Positions 22,538 through 31,669 of a DNA stretch of 62,610 nt are shown here, one piece after another; within the stretch, counting starts at the first letter, position 1; each line of letters starts with the position of its first letter. The position numbers and the translations under genes were made by a program. Location of the stretch: positions 1-62,610 of the forward strand of contig JBDIWC010000023.1 in assembly GCA_039794085.1 (NCBI GenBank), given 5' to 3'. The DNA is from Gemmatimonadales bacterium (lineage in GTDB: Bacteria > Gemmatimonadota > Gemmatimonadetes > Gemmatimonadales > GWC2-71-9). A model generated the notes under the pieces. The model did no database searches. It was not told the origin of the DNA and was given only the letters and a program-made list of their open reading frames with translations.

Positions 22538-22604
22538 TTCTCTCTTCCGTCCTCGGAACGTCATCCCGAACAAAAGCGAGGGATCTGAGAAGGCCCGGGA
22601 TGTG

Positions 22605-22632
22605 GTAGGGGCCGTTCGCGAACGGCCCCTGC
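22605..22632 (+). repeat. GTAG-type REP-like palindrome
   Basis: GTAGGGGCCGTTCGCGAACGGCCCCTGC near-perfect hairpin. Confidence 0.65.
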
Positions 22633-22782
22633 AACCCGTCGTCGGGGTCTTGATGTTCATGGACCTCCCTCACACGAAGACACGAAGACACGAAGGAACT
22701 CACCATCGGCAGGAGGGGGGCGTTCGGAGTGTGAAGTTTGAAGGTGGAAGTGTGGAGGGGTACCGCACTCCCCCGGCCCTGG

Positions 22783-23100
22783 TCTCGGCGCTCAATCGGC
22801 CTCTGCTGTGACCCCGCCCCACCCCCGATTGAACCGCAGAGGGCACTGAGGACGCAGAGGGCTGACGGTTCCCACGACGCACTCCTCATCTCGCGTGGCA
22901 GGCATCGGCAGGATGGGGCCCATCCGCCCCACACAACAACTCTTGATCTCGGCGCGCCCTTCACGGCCTCTGTGGTGACCCCTCTCCACCCCCGATTGAA
23001 CCGCAGAGGGCACTGAGGACGCAGAGGGCTGACGGTTCCTACGACGCACTCCTCGTCTCGCGTGGCAGGCATCGGCAGGATGGGGTGCCCTTCCGCCCAC
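22783..23100 (+). repeat. Two tandem copies of a ~167-bp repeat
   Basis: GATTGAACCGCAGAGGGCACTGAGGACGCAGAGGGCTGACGGTTCC...GGCAGGCATCGGCAGGATGGGG starts at 22827 and at 22994. Confidence 0.9.
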
Positions 23101-23154
23101 CCCTCCCCCGACCCATCCCGGGACAGGCTGGCTCCACCCTGCTACGTCCCAAAG

Positions 23155-23180
23155 TGAAACCTATCGCCCCGTCAGCCGTA
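23155..23180 (+). promoter_or_regulatory. ECF (sigmaW-like) promoter upstream of the permease
   Basis: TGAAAC-N16-CGTA, matching the B. subtilis sigmaW consensus, about 60 bp before the ATG. Confidence 0.45.
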
Positions 23181-23242
23181 TGTGACGCAACCCTCCGGCT
23201 CGCTCAGGGGTCAAACAGCGCATTCACGCATGGGAGTGAGAA

Positions 23243-25669
23243 ATGCTGACAGAATGGGCGGCGGATCTCCGTCATGCCTGGCGGGCCCTGCGGCGGACGC
23301 CCGGTTTCCTGATGACCTCGGTCGGTACCCTGGCGCTCGCGATCGGCGCCGTGGCCGGCATGTTCAGCGTCGTCAAAACTGTCCTCCTGAATCCACTGGC
23401 GTTCCCCAACGCCAGCCGGCTGGTTGCCATCTCGGGAACGGCCCCCGGGTCCGACCTGCCCGAGCGCTTCGGACTCGGCTTCGACTTCCTGTTCCATTAC
23501 CAGGAGAACTCCCGGCTGTTGGACGGGATCTTCGGCTTTGGCGCGGGGACATCGACCCTGCGCACGGAGGAACGGGTCGAGCGGATCCCGATGGCGTGGC
23601 CCAGCAACGGGATCTACCGCACTCTCGGAGTACAACCCCGGATCGGTCGGGTTCCCGTGGCGGAGGACGACGACCGCGTCGCCCTGATCAGCCACCAGCT
23701 CTGGCAGAACTGGTTCGGTGGCGATTCCTCGGTGGTGGGCCGGACCTACTTCATCTCGGGCGCCATGCGGGAGATCATCGGCATCATGCCTCCCGAATTT
23801 CGCTTTCCCAGCGATGAGACTCTGCTCTGGGTGTCCGGCGAGCCTCGCCTCGATCAGGTGCAGCCCGGCAATCTCGGTCTTCCGATCATCGCTCGCATGA
23901 AGGAGGGTGTTACCCGGGAACAGCTGGCCGCGGAGTTGACCCAGCTCTCCAAGGGGTTGCCTGCCCGCTTCGGCGGTTCCCCGAACTATGCCCGCCTGAT
24001 GGAGCAACATCGCGCCGTGGTCGACCCTCTGCTCGACAGCATCGTGGGGCCCACGACACGGACGTCGTTGTGGGTGCTGCTGGGCGGAGTGACCATCGTG
24101 CTGCTGATCGCGTGCGCCAACGTCGCCAATCTGTTCATGGTGCGAGCCGAGGGGCGGCATCGCGACCTGGCGGTCCGGCGCGCGATCGGGGCGAGCCGCT
24201 CCCAGCTGGTGCGATTCCAGATGACCGAGGCGTTTCTCGTGGCCCTCGTGGCCGGCGGGATCGCGGTGGTGTTGGCCGCCGTGACGCTGCCCCTGTTCCT
24301 GCGAGCTGCGCCGGAGGGCATTCCCCGGCTGGGCCTTGTGGGTCTCGACGCCGCGACGGTGGGCGCGGCATTCGTCCTGGTGCTGGTCGCCGCGCTGGCC
24401 TGCGGCGGTGTGCCGGCGCTCCGGGCGTCGTCGCCCGACCTCAATCGCTTGCGGGAAGGGGGCCGGAGCGGAACCGGGCGCCGCCATTGGGCTCGGGACG
24501 GGCTGGTCGTGGGCCAGACGGCGCTGGCTCTGGTGCTGCTGATCGGAGCGGCACTGCTGGTGCGGAGTTTCCAGAAGCTTCAGAACGTGGATCCGGGGTA
24601 CGATACCGACGACCTCTACACCTTCCAGTTCGCTCCCGAGCAGGAGCGCCTGCGGACCGGCCCGGACTGGGGCCGGCTCCACCTCGATTTCATGGATCAG
24701 CTGCGCGCCCTCCCCGGAGTGACGTCGGTGGGCGTGGTGAACAACCTTCCGCTGGATGAGGGAACCGGCGGCGGGCGCTGGTTGACCGATGCCATGACGG
24801 AGGAAGCCGGCGGCACCCTGCTGGACCAGAACTTTACCGGTGGCGACTACTTCCGGACCATCGGCATCGATCTGCTCAAGGGCCGGGCCTTCACCCCCGA
24901 CGAAGCGGTGACGCCCAACAACAGCATCATCGTCAGCCGCTCCGCTGCCGAGACGCTGTGGCCGGGGCGGGACCCCCTGGGCCAGAGGTTACGGCGCCGC
25001 CTGGGAGGCGAGGTGCTGGCCTTTACCGTGGTCGGTGTGGTGGAGGATGTGAAGCAGGACGACTGGCGCGACGCCGGGGAGGCGGGGGTGTACCTGCCCC
25101 TGACCGGGCCGACGGACAGCACCTGGGCGATGGGTTCGCCGGCCTACGTGGTGAAATCGCCCCGGGCGGATGGCCTCACCGGGGAGGTGCGCGAGCTGGT
25201 GCGGCAGATCGCCCCCGAGGCGCCGGTCTATCGCGAGTATACCATGGCCTTCCTGGCGCAACGATCGATGGTGCAGCTGTCCTTCACCATGCTGACGCTG
25301 GGGGTCGTGTCGGGGCTGGCGCTCGTCCTGGGGGCTGTGGGGCTGTACGGCGTGCTGTCGTACGTGGTGGCCGAGCGGACCCGGGAGATTGGGGTGCGGA
25401 TGGCGCTGGGCGCCACGGCGGGGGCGGTCCGGCGGATGGTGGTGACCCAGGGGACGCGGGTCGTGCTGGTCGGGGTCGTGATCGGCATCGGGGCGGCGAT
25501 CGGTGCCACGCGACTCCTGGGGAGCCTGCTCTACGACATCGGGGCCGTGGAGCCGGTTCTGTTCGGGGCCATGTCACTCATGATGATCGGGATCGGGATG
25601 GTGGCGAGCTACATGCCGGCCCGGCAGGCCAGCCGCGTGGATCCGCTCGAGTCCCTGCGGAACGAGTAG
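23243..25669 (+). CDS. ABC transporter permease, duplicated MacB/FtsX (ADOP-type)
   Basis: DLRHAWRALRRTPGF, LLIACANVANL, R.AIGASR and RTREIGVRMALGA motifs; no adjacent ATPase. Confidence 0.9.
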   Translation: MLTEWAADLRHAWRALRRTPGFLMTSVGTLALAIGAVAGMFSVVKTVLLNPLAFPNASRLVAISGTAPGSDLPERFGLGFDFLFHYQENSRLLDGIFGFGAGTSTLRTEERVERIPMAWPSNGIYRTLGVQPRIGRVPVAEDDDRVALISHQLWQNWFGGDSSVVGRTYFISGAMREIIGIMPPEFRFPSDETLLWVSGEPRLDQVQPGNLGLPIIARMKEGVTREQLAAELTQLSKGLPARFGGSPNYARLMEQHRAVVDPLLDSIVGPTTRTSLWVLLGGVTIVLLIACANVANLFMVRAEGRHRDLAVRRAIGASRSQLVRFQMTEAFLVALVAGGIAVVLAAVTLPLFLRAAPEGIPRLGLVGLDAATVGAAFVLVLVAALACGGVPALRASSPDLNRLREGGRSGTGRRHWARDGLVVGQTALALVLLIGAALLVRSFQKLQNVDPGYDTDDLYTFQFAPEQERLRTGPDWGRLHLDFMDQLRALPGVTSVGVVNNLPLDEGTGGGRWLTDAMTEEAGGTLLDQNFTGGDYFRTIGIDLLKGRAFTPDEAVTPNNSIIVSRSAAETLWPGRDPLGQRLRRRLGGEVLAFTVVGVVEDVKQDDWRDAGEAGVYLPLTGPTDSTWAMGSPAYVVKSPRADGLTGEVRELVRQIAPEAPVYREYTMAFLAQRSMVQLSFTMLTLGVVSGLALVLGAVGLYGVLSYVVAERTREIGVRMALGATAGAVRRMVVTQGTRVVLVGVVIGIGAAIGATRLLGSLLYDIGAVEPVLFGAMSLMMIGIGMVASYMPARQASRVDPLESLRNE

Positions 25670-25826
25670 CCTGGCCCGGGGGGGGGAGTTTTCCCCGTAG
25701 GAGGGGTTTGTTCGGTCCGGAAGAGCGCAGGCGAATGGGATAAGGGTCGGTGGTCGTACCTCGAAAGCAATGCGCCCCGTCACTCGACGGGGCGCGGGGG
25801 TTGCCGGTCTTGGCCCTGATCCACTG

Positions 25827-26690
25827 TCAGCCGTCCAAAGACCCTTGCAGGCATGTCCCGACCTCGGGATTAACCCTGGCCGCTCCAAGTTCCCGTGGCG
25901 TGGGGGCCGGAGGACACTGGTACTCCGGGCAGGGAAGGGACTTCAGACCGGCTTTCTTGAGGTGCGCCTTCCATGCCTGCTCGGCCGACCCCGGAAGACC
26001 GGGAGAGAGGAGGTGGTAGATCCAGCGGAAGTCGTTGTCGACTACCGTCGGGTCCGTACATTGGACCTTTTTCACCGAGTTCTCGGGAGTCAGCTTGTCG
26101 GCATTGACGAGGTAGATCTCCGACCAGTCGGTCGCCTTGAGGGGGATCTCCGCAGGGATCGGGTTGGCGTCGGTCCAGATGCGGACCACGACCTCAGATG
26201 AAAACGATTCCCAGTGGGTTCTCCAAACTCCATTCACAGAAGTCGGGCTCTTGGGATTTGTCACCGATGCCGGGAACGTCAATGGGAGCTTCTCCCCCCC
26301 TTGAAGCTTGCCCTCGTACAGGTTGATCATCGTCAGGCAGGGACCCTTGACGGACGGGATGCTCGCGTCCTGGATCAGCTCCGGTTTCTGCATCACCTGA
26401 CCCATGGGAATCAGACTTGAAAAGGAATCTGGATCGAGGGATACTCCATTACTGCCCTCGATGCTGACATGGGTTCCCGCGAGCGGAACGCGAAGAGGCT
26501 TTCCGTTCCCGGTGGGCGTCGCGTAGAGCCAGGGGTGGTGGTGCGTGACCTTGTATTCGTCGTAGTGATTCACTCGACCAGGATCCCCGGGAAATCGGAT
26601 GACGAGTTTCTCGCCCTCCGGCTTGTCCAAGCGTTCATCGGCCTCCTTGCGGAACAGGGCCACACCAAGCAACATGATCTTGACGGTCAT
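25827..26690 (-). CDS. Hypothetical protein, last gene of the ECF-CHAT module
   Basis: 287-aa ORF with GGAGG RBS, co-directional about 30 bp after the CHAT gene; lower GC; HHHP, DFRWIY and Cys-containing C-terminus. Confidence 0.75.
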   Translation of the reverse strand: MTVKIMLLGVALFRKEADERLDKPEGEKLVIRFPGDPGRVNHYDEYKVTHHHPWLYATPTGNGKPLRVPLAGTHVSIEGSNGVSLDPDSFSSLIPMGQVMQKPELIQDASIPSVKGPCLTMINLYEGKLQGGEKLPLTFPASVTNPKSPTSVNGVWRTHWESFSSEVVVRIWTDANPIPAEIPLKATDWSEIYLVNADKLTPENSVKKVQCTDPTVVDNDFRWIYHLLSPGLPGSAEQAWKAHLKKAGLKSLPCPEYQCPPAPTPRELGAARVNPEVGTCLQGSLDG

Positions 26691-26719
26691 CGCGCCTCCG
26701 GGGGTGGTGGTTGGTAGCG

Positions 26720-29700
26720 CTATCGGTCCACGCGGAACCGGCTCCAGCTCAGATCATCCCGCGATTCGGTGAACTGGTCCATCTGGGCCCGCCTCAGGGC
26801 CTCCATCGGGTCGTGGCCGGAGCCCAGGTGATGATGAAGCCGGCCCATGAGACTCCCGGTCGTGGCGTCGTCCACTTCCCAGAGGCTGCTCACGACCTGC
26901 CGAGCTCCCGCCTCGATGAACGCACCCGCCAGGGGATTCCGCATCTGTCCCCCGTCCCCTGAGGCCAGCAGCCCGCCGCAGGCGGAGAGGACCACCAGGG
27001 AAACATGACCCAGATCCCAGCGTCGGACCTCCTCCGCGGGAAGAAGCCCCGCATCGCCGTTCGCCGACGGAGCCAGGACCAGCACACCTCCCCCACCCCC
27101 CCCGCCGAGAGATGAGACCCGGGCATGCCCCGCGAAGTGGATCGTGCCCGCATTTCTGCTCGCCACGCGGAGTGCGGATATCGTGGCACCCGGGCCGGTC
27201 AGTTGCTCGCTCCGCTGCCGGGCCCCCGTGATCTGAGCCACCTCCTCGCGGGCCCGGGGCAGCGGGGCCAGATCGGGCACCACCCGCCGGTCGAAGTCCG
27301 GGTTCACCGCAAGCACCGTCCCCGCTCCGGTTGCGGGCGGAGAGAGCTCCGCCATCGCCCCGGTCACCACATCCGTGGCATACCCGAGTGCCACGCGGGT
27401 CACAGCCGGTTGCCCCGAGGAGTCGAGGGCCGCCGCCAACGGGATCGCGTAGGTGGTCGGGGCCGCCGCGACGAGAACGCGGGTCAGTTCGGGTGTGGCT
27501 GCCAGCTCCGGCCCGAGAAGGGAGTCGTAGATCGCGCGGGCGACCGGCTCATGTACGGATCGATGGGCCCGTCCCGCCGCCAGCGATTGGAGCCTTCCTC
27601 CCCACGACCCCATCGATCTCTCTTCCATCTGGACGGCCCGCACCGAGAGTTTTCCCCGCCACCACATCCAGATGAGAAGACGATCCCGCTCCTGGGTATG
27701 CGTCATCAACCCCGTGTGGGACGGAATCCGGTGACGCAGTGTCTCGAATCGGAGGGAGTCCCCGGCGGTGACACCCCGGGAGCGGGCCTCGAGCCAGAAG
27801 GCGCCGACGGTGTCCCCCCGGGCCAGGCGGATGGCCGCAAGCTGCAGGAAAACCTGGGCGGCGGTTTCCGGGGGGATCCGCCGAACCGAGGTGGACCGGA
27901 CCAGTCTCTCGGCCGCATCCGTGAGAGCCTCGAGCGCGCGGAGAGTGTCACCCAGCGTAAGGAGAAGGCGAGTGCGGGGGACCTGAAGTTGGAGTGTCGT
28001 CACGACGTTGCGGGGGCCGAAGAACGCCAGCGCCTGATCCAACTGGTGTACCGCCTCGCGGGGCCGGTCCGGAAGTACCGTGGCCCCGGCCATGGCCACC
28101 TCCGCCCGCACCCGTTCCCGCCGCTCGCCGGGAGGAATCGAATCCACGGCGCCTATCGCCTCCTGAAGAGCACGGGCAGCCCCCCCGGGGTCATCGGTCC
28201 GGTGGAGGGATCGGACCAGCCTCACCAGACCCTCGGCGCGTTCATCGGGCTGGAGCCCGGGGAGAGCAACGTCCTCCGCCGCAAAGACTGCCGCCGCCCA
28301 GGGCAGGCCGATCTCCAGGAGCCGGTGGGCGATGCTGGCCAAGGTGGCATGAGTTTCCGGTCCCCGGCGAGCCGCCCGGAGGATGAGACGCAGGGAGGAC
28401 TCGTCCAGGCCCATGAGCCCGTAGAGTGCGGCGGTTTGGAATTCGAGACGGGCCGCGTGGTCCTCCTCGCCAACCTGGGAGAAGGCCTCGATGGCGTGGA
28501 GATACTGGGTCAGACCCTCCTGGTAGCGACCTTGACGGGAGAGCGAGAGGGCGATCCCCCATGCGGAACGGCCCGCCAGAGCGGGGTCGGTCGTATCCTC
28601 AGCGATCCGGGAGGCGGTGGTAAAGGCCTCAATCGCCTCGGGGTACTGTTCGCGCCCCGCATGAACCGCCCCGATGAAGAAGGTCATCCATCCGTTCAGA
28701 GGAGTTCCATCCAGGAGGACACGGGCGGCTCCCAGGCGATCGAGGGCGACTCCGTAAGCCCCGCGCTGATAGGAGGAGACCCCCTCACCGAGGGCGACCA
28801 GGCCATCGAGAAGGAGGGTGTCCGCGACACGGGACGTCGTCCAGTCCACCAGCCTGGCCAACGCCGAGCCACCGGACCGGGCGCGGTATCCCTCCGAAAT
28901 CCATCGAAGCTGGAGGGCGGAGTGGGGCGCCTGGGGCGCGCCGCCTCGCGCCAGCCGAGCCCAGTCGGGGAGCAGAGTGCGAAGAAGAAGCTCCCGGCTT
29001 CCGTCCGGATGCTTCGCGGCAAGCCGCCGTACCCCGGAGGAATCCAGTTTGTGAAGTGAGTCGGCCAGCTGGAGTCCGGCCAGCGGGTTCGCATCAAGGA
29101 ACTCCGCGCCGGAGGTGATGAGGGTGGACTCAGAAGCTGTGGAAAGCTGCCTGTGACGGGCCCGCGTCAGCCCAGCCTGCCCGCGAAGCCCGAGTCGATC
29201 CAGGAGCCAGGCGCGATTGGCCGCGATCTGGGAGGAGGCCGAGTCCGCAAGGTAGGCCTGCTCGAGGGAGTTCAACGCCTGAAACACCAGGGTGTGGTTC
29301 TGCTCCCTCTCGGCCAGATGCAGTTGTGCGATCGCCAGGTCGTTCCAGAGGTGCCCCGGGATTCCCGGCTGGTGGGTGAGTTCCTGGAGACGGTCCACCA
29401 CTCGCCTCGCCACCACGGGGTCCTCCACCAGCGAAACGAGGTCCACGAGCGCCTCGGCCCACTGCTGTTCCGCATCGTTCTCGAGGCCCCCCGGGGCCGA
29501 TGCCAGCAACCAGGCAAGGCGAGAGAGCCCCGCCGGATCCGTCGATGTTCTGCACCGGATGACAGGGATCAACGTCGTGTCGGGCTCCGGGAGGCACGGA
29601 TTCTGGTCTCGCACTCCGGCAAACGACAATTGGAAGGAGGGATTCCGCGCCGCATAGTCCAACAGCGCGTGGCGGAGCGGAACGGGGTCGCCCGAGCATC

Positions 29701-29752
29701 CCGTCACAGCCACCCATGATGCCAGCAGGAGACGGGGGAGCGGGATGGCCAT
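26720..29752 (-). CDS. TPR + CHAT (caspase-like) domain protein, probable lipoprotein
   Basis: CHAT dyad motifs IHFAGH and LVVLSAC, plus AFIEAGA..VVSSLWEVDD; helical TPR-like middle region; N-terminal hydrophobic segment ending VTGC. Confidence 0.85.
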   Translation of the reverse strand: MAIPLPRLLLASWVAVTGCSGDPVPLRHALLDYAARNPSFQLSFAGVRDQNPCLPEPDTTLIPVIRCRTSTDPAGLSRLAWLLASAPGGLENDAEQQWAEALVDLVSLVEDPVVARRVVDRLQELTHQPGIPGHLWNDLAIAQLHLAEREQNHTLVFQALNSLEQAYLADSASSQIAANRAWLLDRLGLRGQAGLTRARHRQLSTASESTLITSGAEFLDANPLAGLQLADSLHKLDSSGVRRLAAKHPDGSRELLLRTLLPDWARLARGGAPQAPHSALQLRWISEGYRARSGGSALARLVDWTTSRVADTLLLDGLVALGEGVSSYQRGAYGVALDRLGAARVLLDGTPLNGWMTFFIGAVHAGREQYPEAIEAFTTASRIAEDTTDPALAGRSAWGIALSLSRQGRYQEGLTQYLHAIEAFSQVGEEDHAARLEFQTAALYGLMGLDESSLRLILRAARRGPETHATLASIAHRLLEIGLPWAAAVFAAEDVALPGLQPDERAEGLVRLVRSLHRTDDPGGAARALQEAIGAVDSIPPGERRERVRAEVAMAGATVLPDRPREAVHQLDQALAFFGPRNVVTTLQLQVPRTRLLLTLGDTLRALEALTDAAERLVRSTSVRRIPPETAAQVFLQLAAIRLARGDTVGAFWLEARSRGVTAGDSLRFETLRHRIPSHTGLMTHTQERDRLLIWMWWRGKLSVRAVQMEERSMGSWGGRLQSLAAGRAHRSVHEPVARAIYDSLLGPELAATPELTRVLVAAAPTTYAIPLAAALDSSGQPAVTRVALGYATDVVTGAMAELSPPATGAGTVLAVNPDFDRRVVPDLAPLPRAREEVAQITGARQRSEQLTGPGATISALRVASRNAGTIHFAGHARVSSLGGGGGGGVLVLAPSANGDAGLLPAEEVRRWDLGHVSLVVLSACGGLLASGDGGQMRNPLAGAFIEAGARQVVSSLWEVDDATTGSLMGRLHHHLGSGHDPMEALRRAQMDQFTESRDDLSWSRFRVDR

Positions 29753-29764
29753 GGGGATGCCGGG

Positions 29765-30634
29765 TCAGTCGCCCGCGAGTTCCATGATGGACTGCATGGT
29801 TCGGCGGACCTGTTCGAGATCAACCTCGGGGGACCGCATGAGAGTCACGAGGTCGTCGACCCGGATTCGCAGCGTCTCCTGGTCGGCAGGGAGCGCGTCC
29901 GCTGCCGAGGCAAGTGCTTCGGGTACCTCCGCCGGGATCGAGGGGGAGGGGCCTGTCGCCATCGAGAGTCGGAGAAGCTCCATCGCGGCACCGAGGCGGA
30001 ACGATGCCTGATGCCCCGCTACCCGGGTCAGGGCCTCCCCGCGTTCTGCGCGAGAGTCCTGGTCGTCCATCAACCCCGGGGCATAAAGAGCCGCGACCGG
30101 CGCTCCGCCGCGCAGGGATCTCAAGAGGCCCTGCAGCTCGGCGCTCACCACGGCGGCTGCCGAACTATCCGAAAGCCGGGCCGCCACCTCGTAGAGAACG
30201 CTGCGAGCGCCGAGCCGGAACGCGACGGCGGATTCGGGCAGGGAGACCTCATTCCCACGCGTCACCGACCATCCCGGTTGGTCCCACGTTGGTCCCAGGC
30301 TGGTCTCGAGTGTCCTCCCCGAGGCGTGGCCGAGAGGAACGGCCGATGCCAGGCGAGTGACCACGTCCGTCGGGGTCCCCCGGCCTGGGAGAAAGATCGC
30401 AAGCAGGATTCCCGCGGCCAGCGCCGGAATCACATACCTCCAGCGCCGGGCTTTCAGGACGGGGCGAACGGGCTGTGTCTCCATTTCGTCCGCCAGCGCT
30501 GCTGTTTCGAGCAGCGCGTCATAGTCGTCCGGGGAATTCGCGAGAAGCGCCATCACCTTCTCGCGCTCGGACGGCTCCAGGGTTCCGTCGAGGAAAGCCG
30601 CCAGGATCTCGGGATTCAGCCGTGCCTCACTCAT
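29765..30634 (-). CDS. Membrane-anchored putative anti-sigma factor (degenerate zf-HC2-like N-terminus)
   Basis: E.LAAFLDGTL...ER..V..LL anti-sigma-like N-terminus, one TM helix, directly downstream of an ECF sigma; GGAGG RBS. Confidence 0.7.
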   Translation of the reverse strand: MSEARLNPEILAAFLDGTLEPSEREKVMALLANSPDDYDALLETAALADEMETQPVRPVLKARRWRYVIPALAAGILLAIFLPGRGTPTDVVTRLASAVPLGHASGRTLETSLGPTWDQPGWSVTRGNEVSLPESAVAFRLGARSVLYEVAARLSDSSAAAVVSAELQGLLRSLRGGAPVAALYAPGLMDDQDSRAERGEALTRVAGHQASFRLGAAMELLRLSMATGPSPSIPAEVPEALASAADALPADQETLRIRVDDLVTLMRSPEVDLEQVRRTMQSIMELAGD

Positions 30635-30700
30635 GAGTAACCTCCGCCATACTGTTCCAGCATCCCCACTTGGACGGCCACGCCACCGCACTATCCATTC

Positions 30701-31483
30701 TCATGTGGCCTCCTCGGCCATGAGGATCTGACGGACCTCCTCACGAGTGATACCGGCCTTCATCAGCATCGAGCGCAGCGACCCCTCCAGCCGTTCCAGC
30801 CGGCGATAGAGCGGCTTCTGCTCGAGATGCAGGGCCCTCGCGATGTCGGCGACCGACAGACCATCCCAGAACCGCATGCGGAGGACCAGTCGGTCCTCCG
30901 GTCCGAGGAGCGCGATCTGGTCCGTGAGCAACCGAAAGGCCCGCTCCCGTCCGGTGGCATGTTCGGTCTCCCAGAACCCGTCCAAACCTTGGGGAGCGGC
31001 CTCCCTGTGGGCGGCGGACACGTCCACCTCGCACGGGCGCGGTCTCGGGCGGATCTGCCGGGCCAGCTCGCGCACGCGGTCCGGGGAATGGCCGTCTGAG
31101 TTCTCCAGGGCGGAAACGGCCTCCCGCACCGACCACCCGTCCCGGCAGATCATCGCCTCAAGCCGGATGGCGAGGGTCCCGCGTCGGCGCGCCTCCGCCG
31201 AGGGACGCCAGCGGCCCCACTTCGCGTTACGGTAATCCTTGAAGGCGTTGACGAGGACCGCCGAGAGGTAGGTGGTGAGGGTCGACTTGCCTCCGAACTT
31301 GCGGAGCACCGCGTAGTCGGATTCGATCACACGGGACTTGAACCACGCCCCGAACTCCTCGGCGTCCGCCTCCGATAGTCCATGGCGACGGCCGATCAGC
31401 CGCACGCCCCGGTCGAGGGTGGGGAGGACGGAAAGGAAGAGGGCTTCGAGGTCCTGGCGGGCGGAGGTATCGCGGGTATCCAT
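30701..31483 (-). CDS. ECF-type sigma-70 factor
   Basis: Region 2 (LRKFGGKSTLTTYL..V..N...DY) and region 4 (EDRLVLRMRFWDGLSVADIARAL) with a long linker. Confidence 0.85.
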   Translation of the reverse strand: MDTRDTSARQDLEALFLSVLPTLDRGVRLIGRRHGLSEADAEEFGAWFKSRVIESDYAVLRKFGGKSTLTTYLSAVLVNAFKDYRNAKWGRWRPSAEARRRGTLAIRLEAMICRDGWSVREAVSALENSDGHSPDRVRELARQIRPRPRPCEVDVSAAHREAAPQGLDGFWETEHATGRERAFRLLTDQIALLGPEDRLVLRMRFWDGLSVADIARALHLEQKPLYRRLERLEGSLRSMLMKAGITREEVRQILMAEEAT

Positions 31484-31669
31484 GCCCTCGCTCGGAATGG
31501 CTCATCCTGCGCTATATGTCGGGCGGCTGACAAAGTGCTGAAAGACCTTCAGCTTACATTGTATTATCCCGGAAACTCCGCCACAAGGTCCCTCGGCGAC
31601 TTCCCACCCCAAGTGCCTCGAGTGCTCCCGCTGCGACACACCCACTCCCGGAGCCGCCTTGATTCGTGC

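Noticed and set aside
22783..23100. CRISPR array
   Set aside because: Units are ~167 bp and similar along their whole length, with no unique spacers and no cas genes in the window.
25827..26690. Bacterial gasdermin next to a CHAT protease
   Set aside because: Size and context fit, but there is no N-terminal Cys or recognisable gasdermin pattern; it cannot be supported without a structure search.
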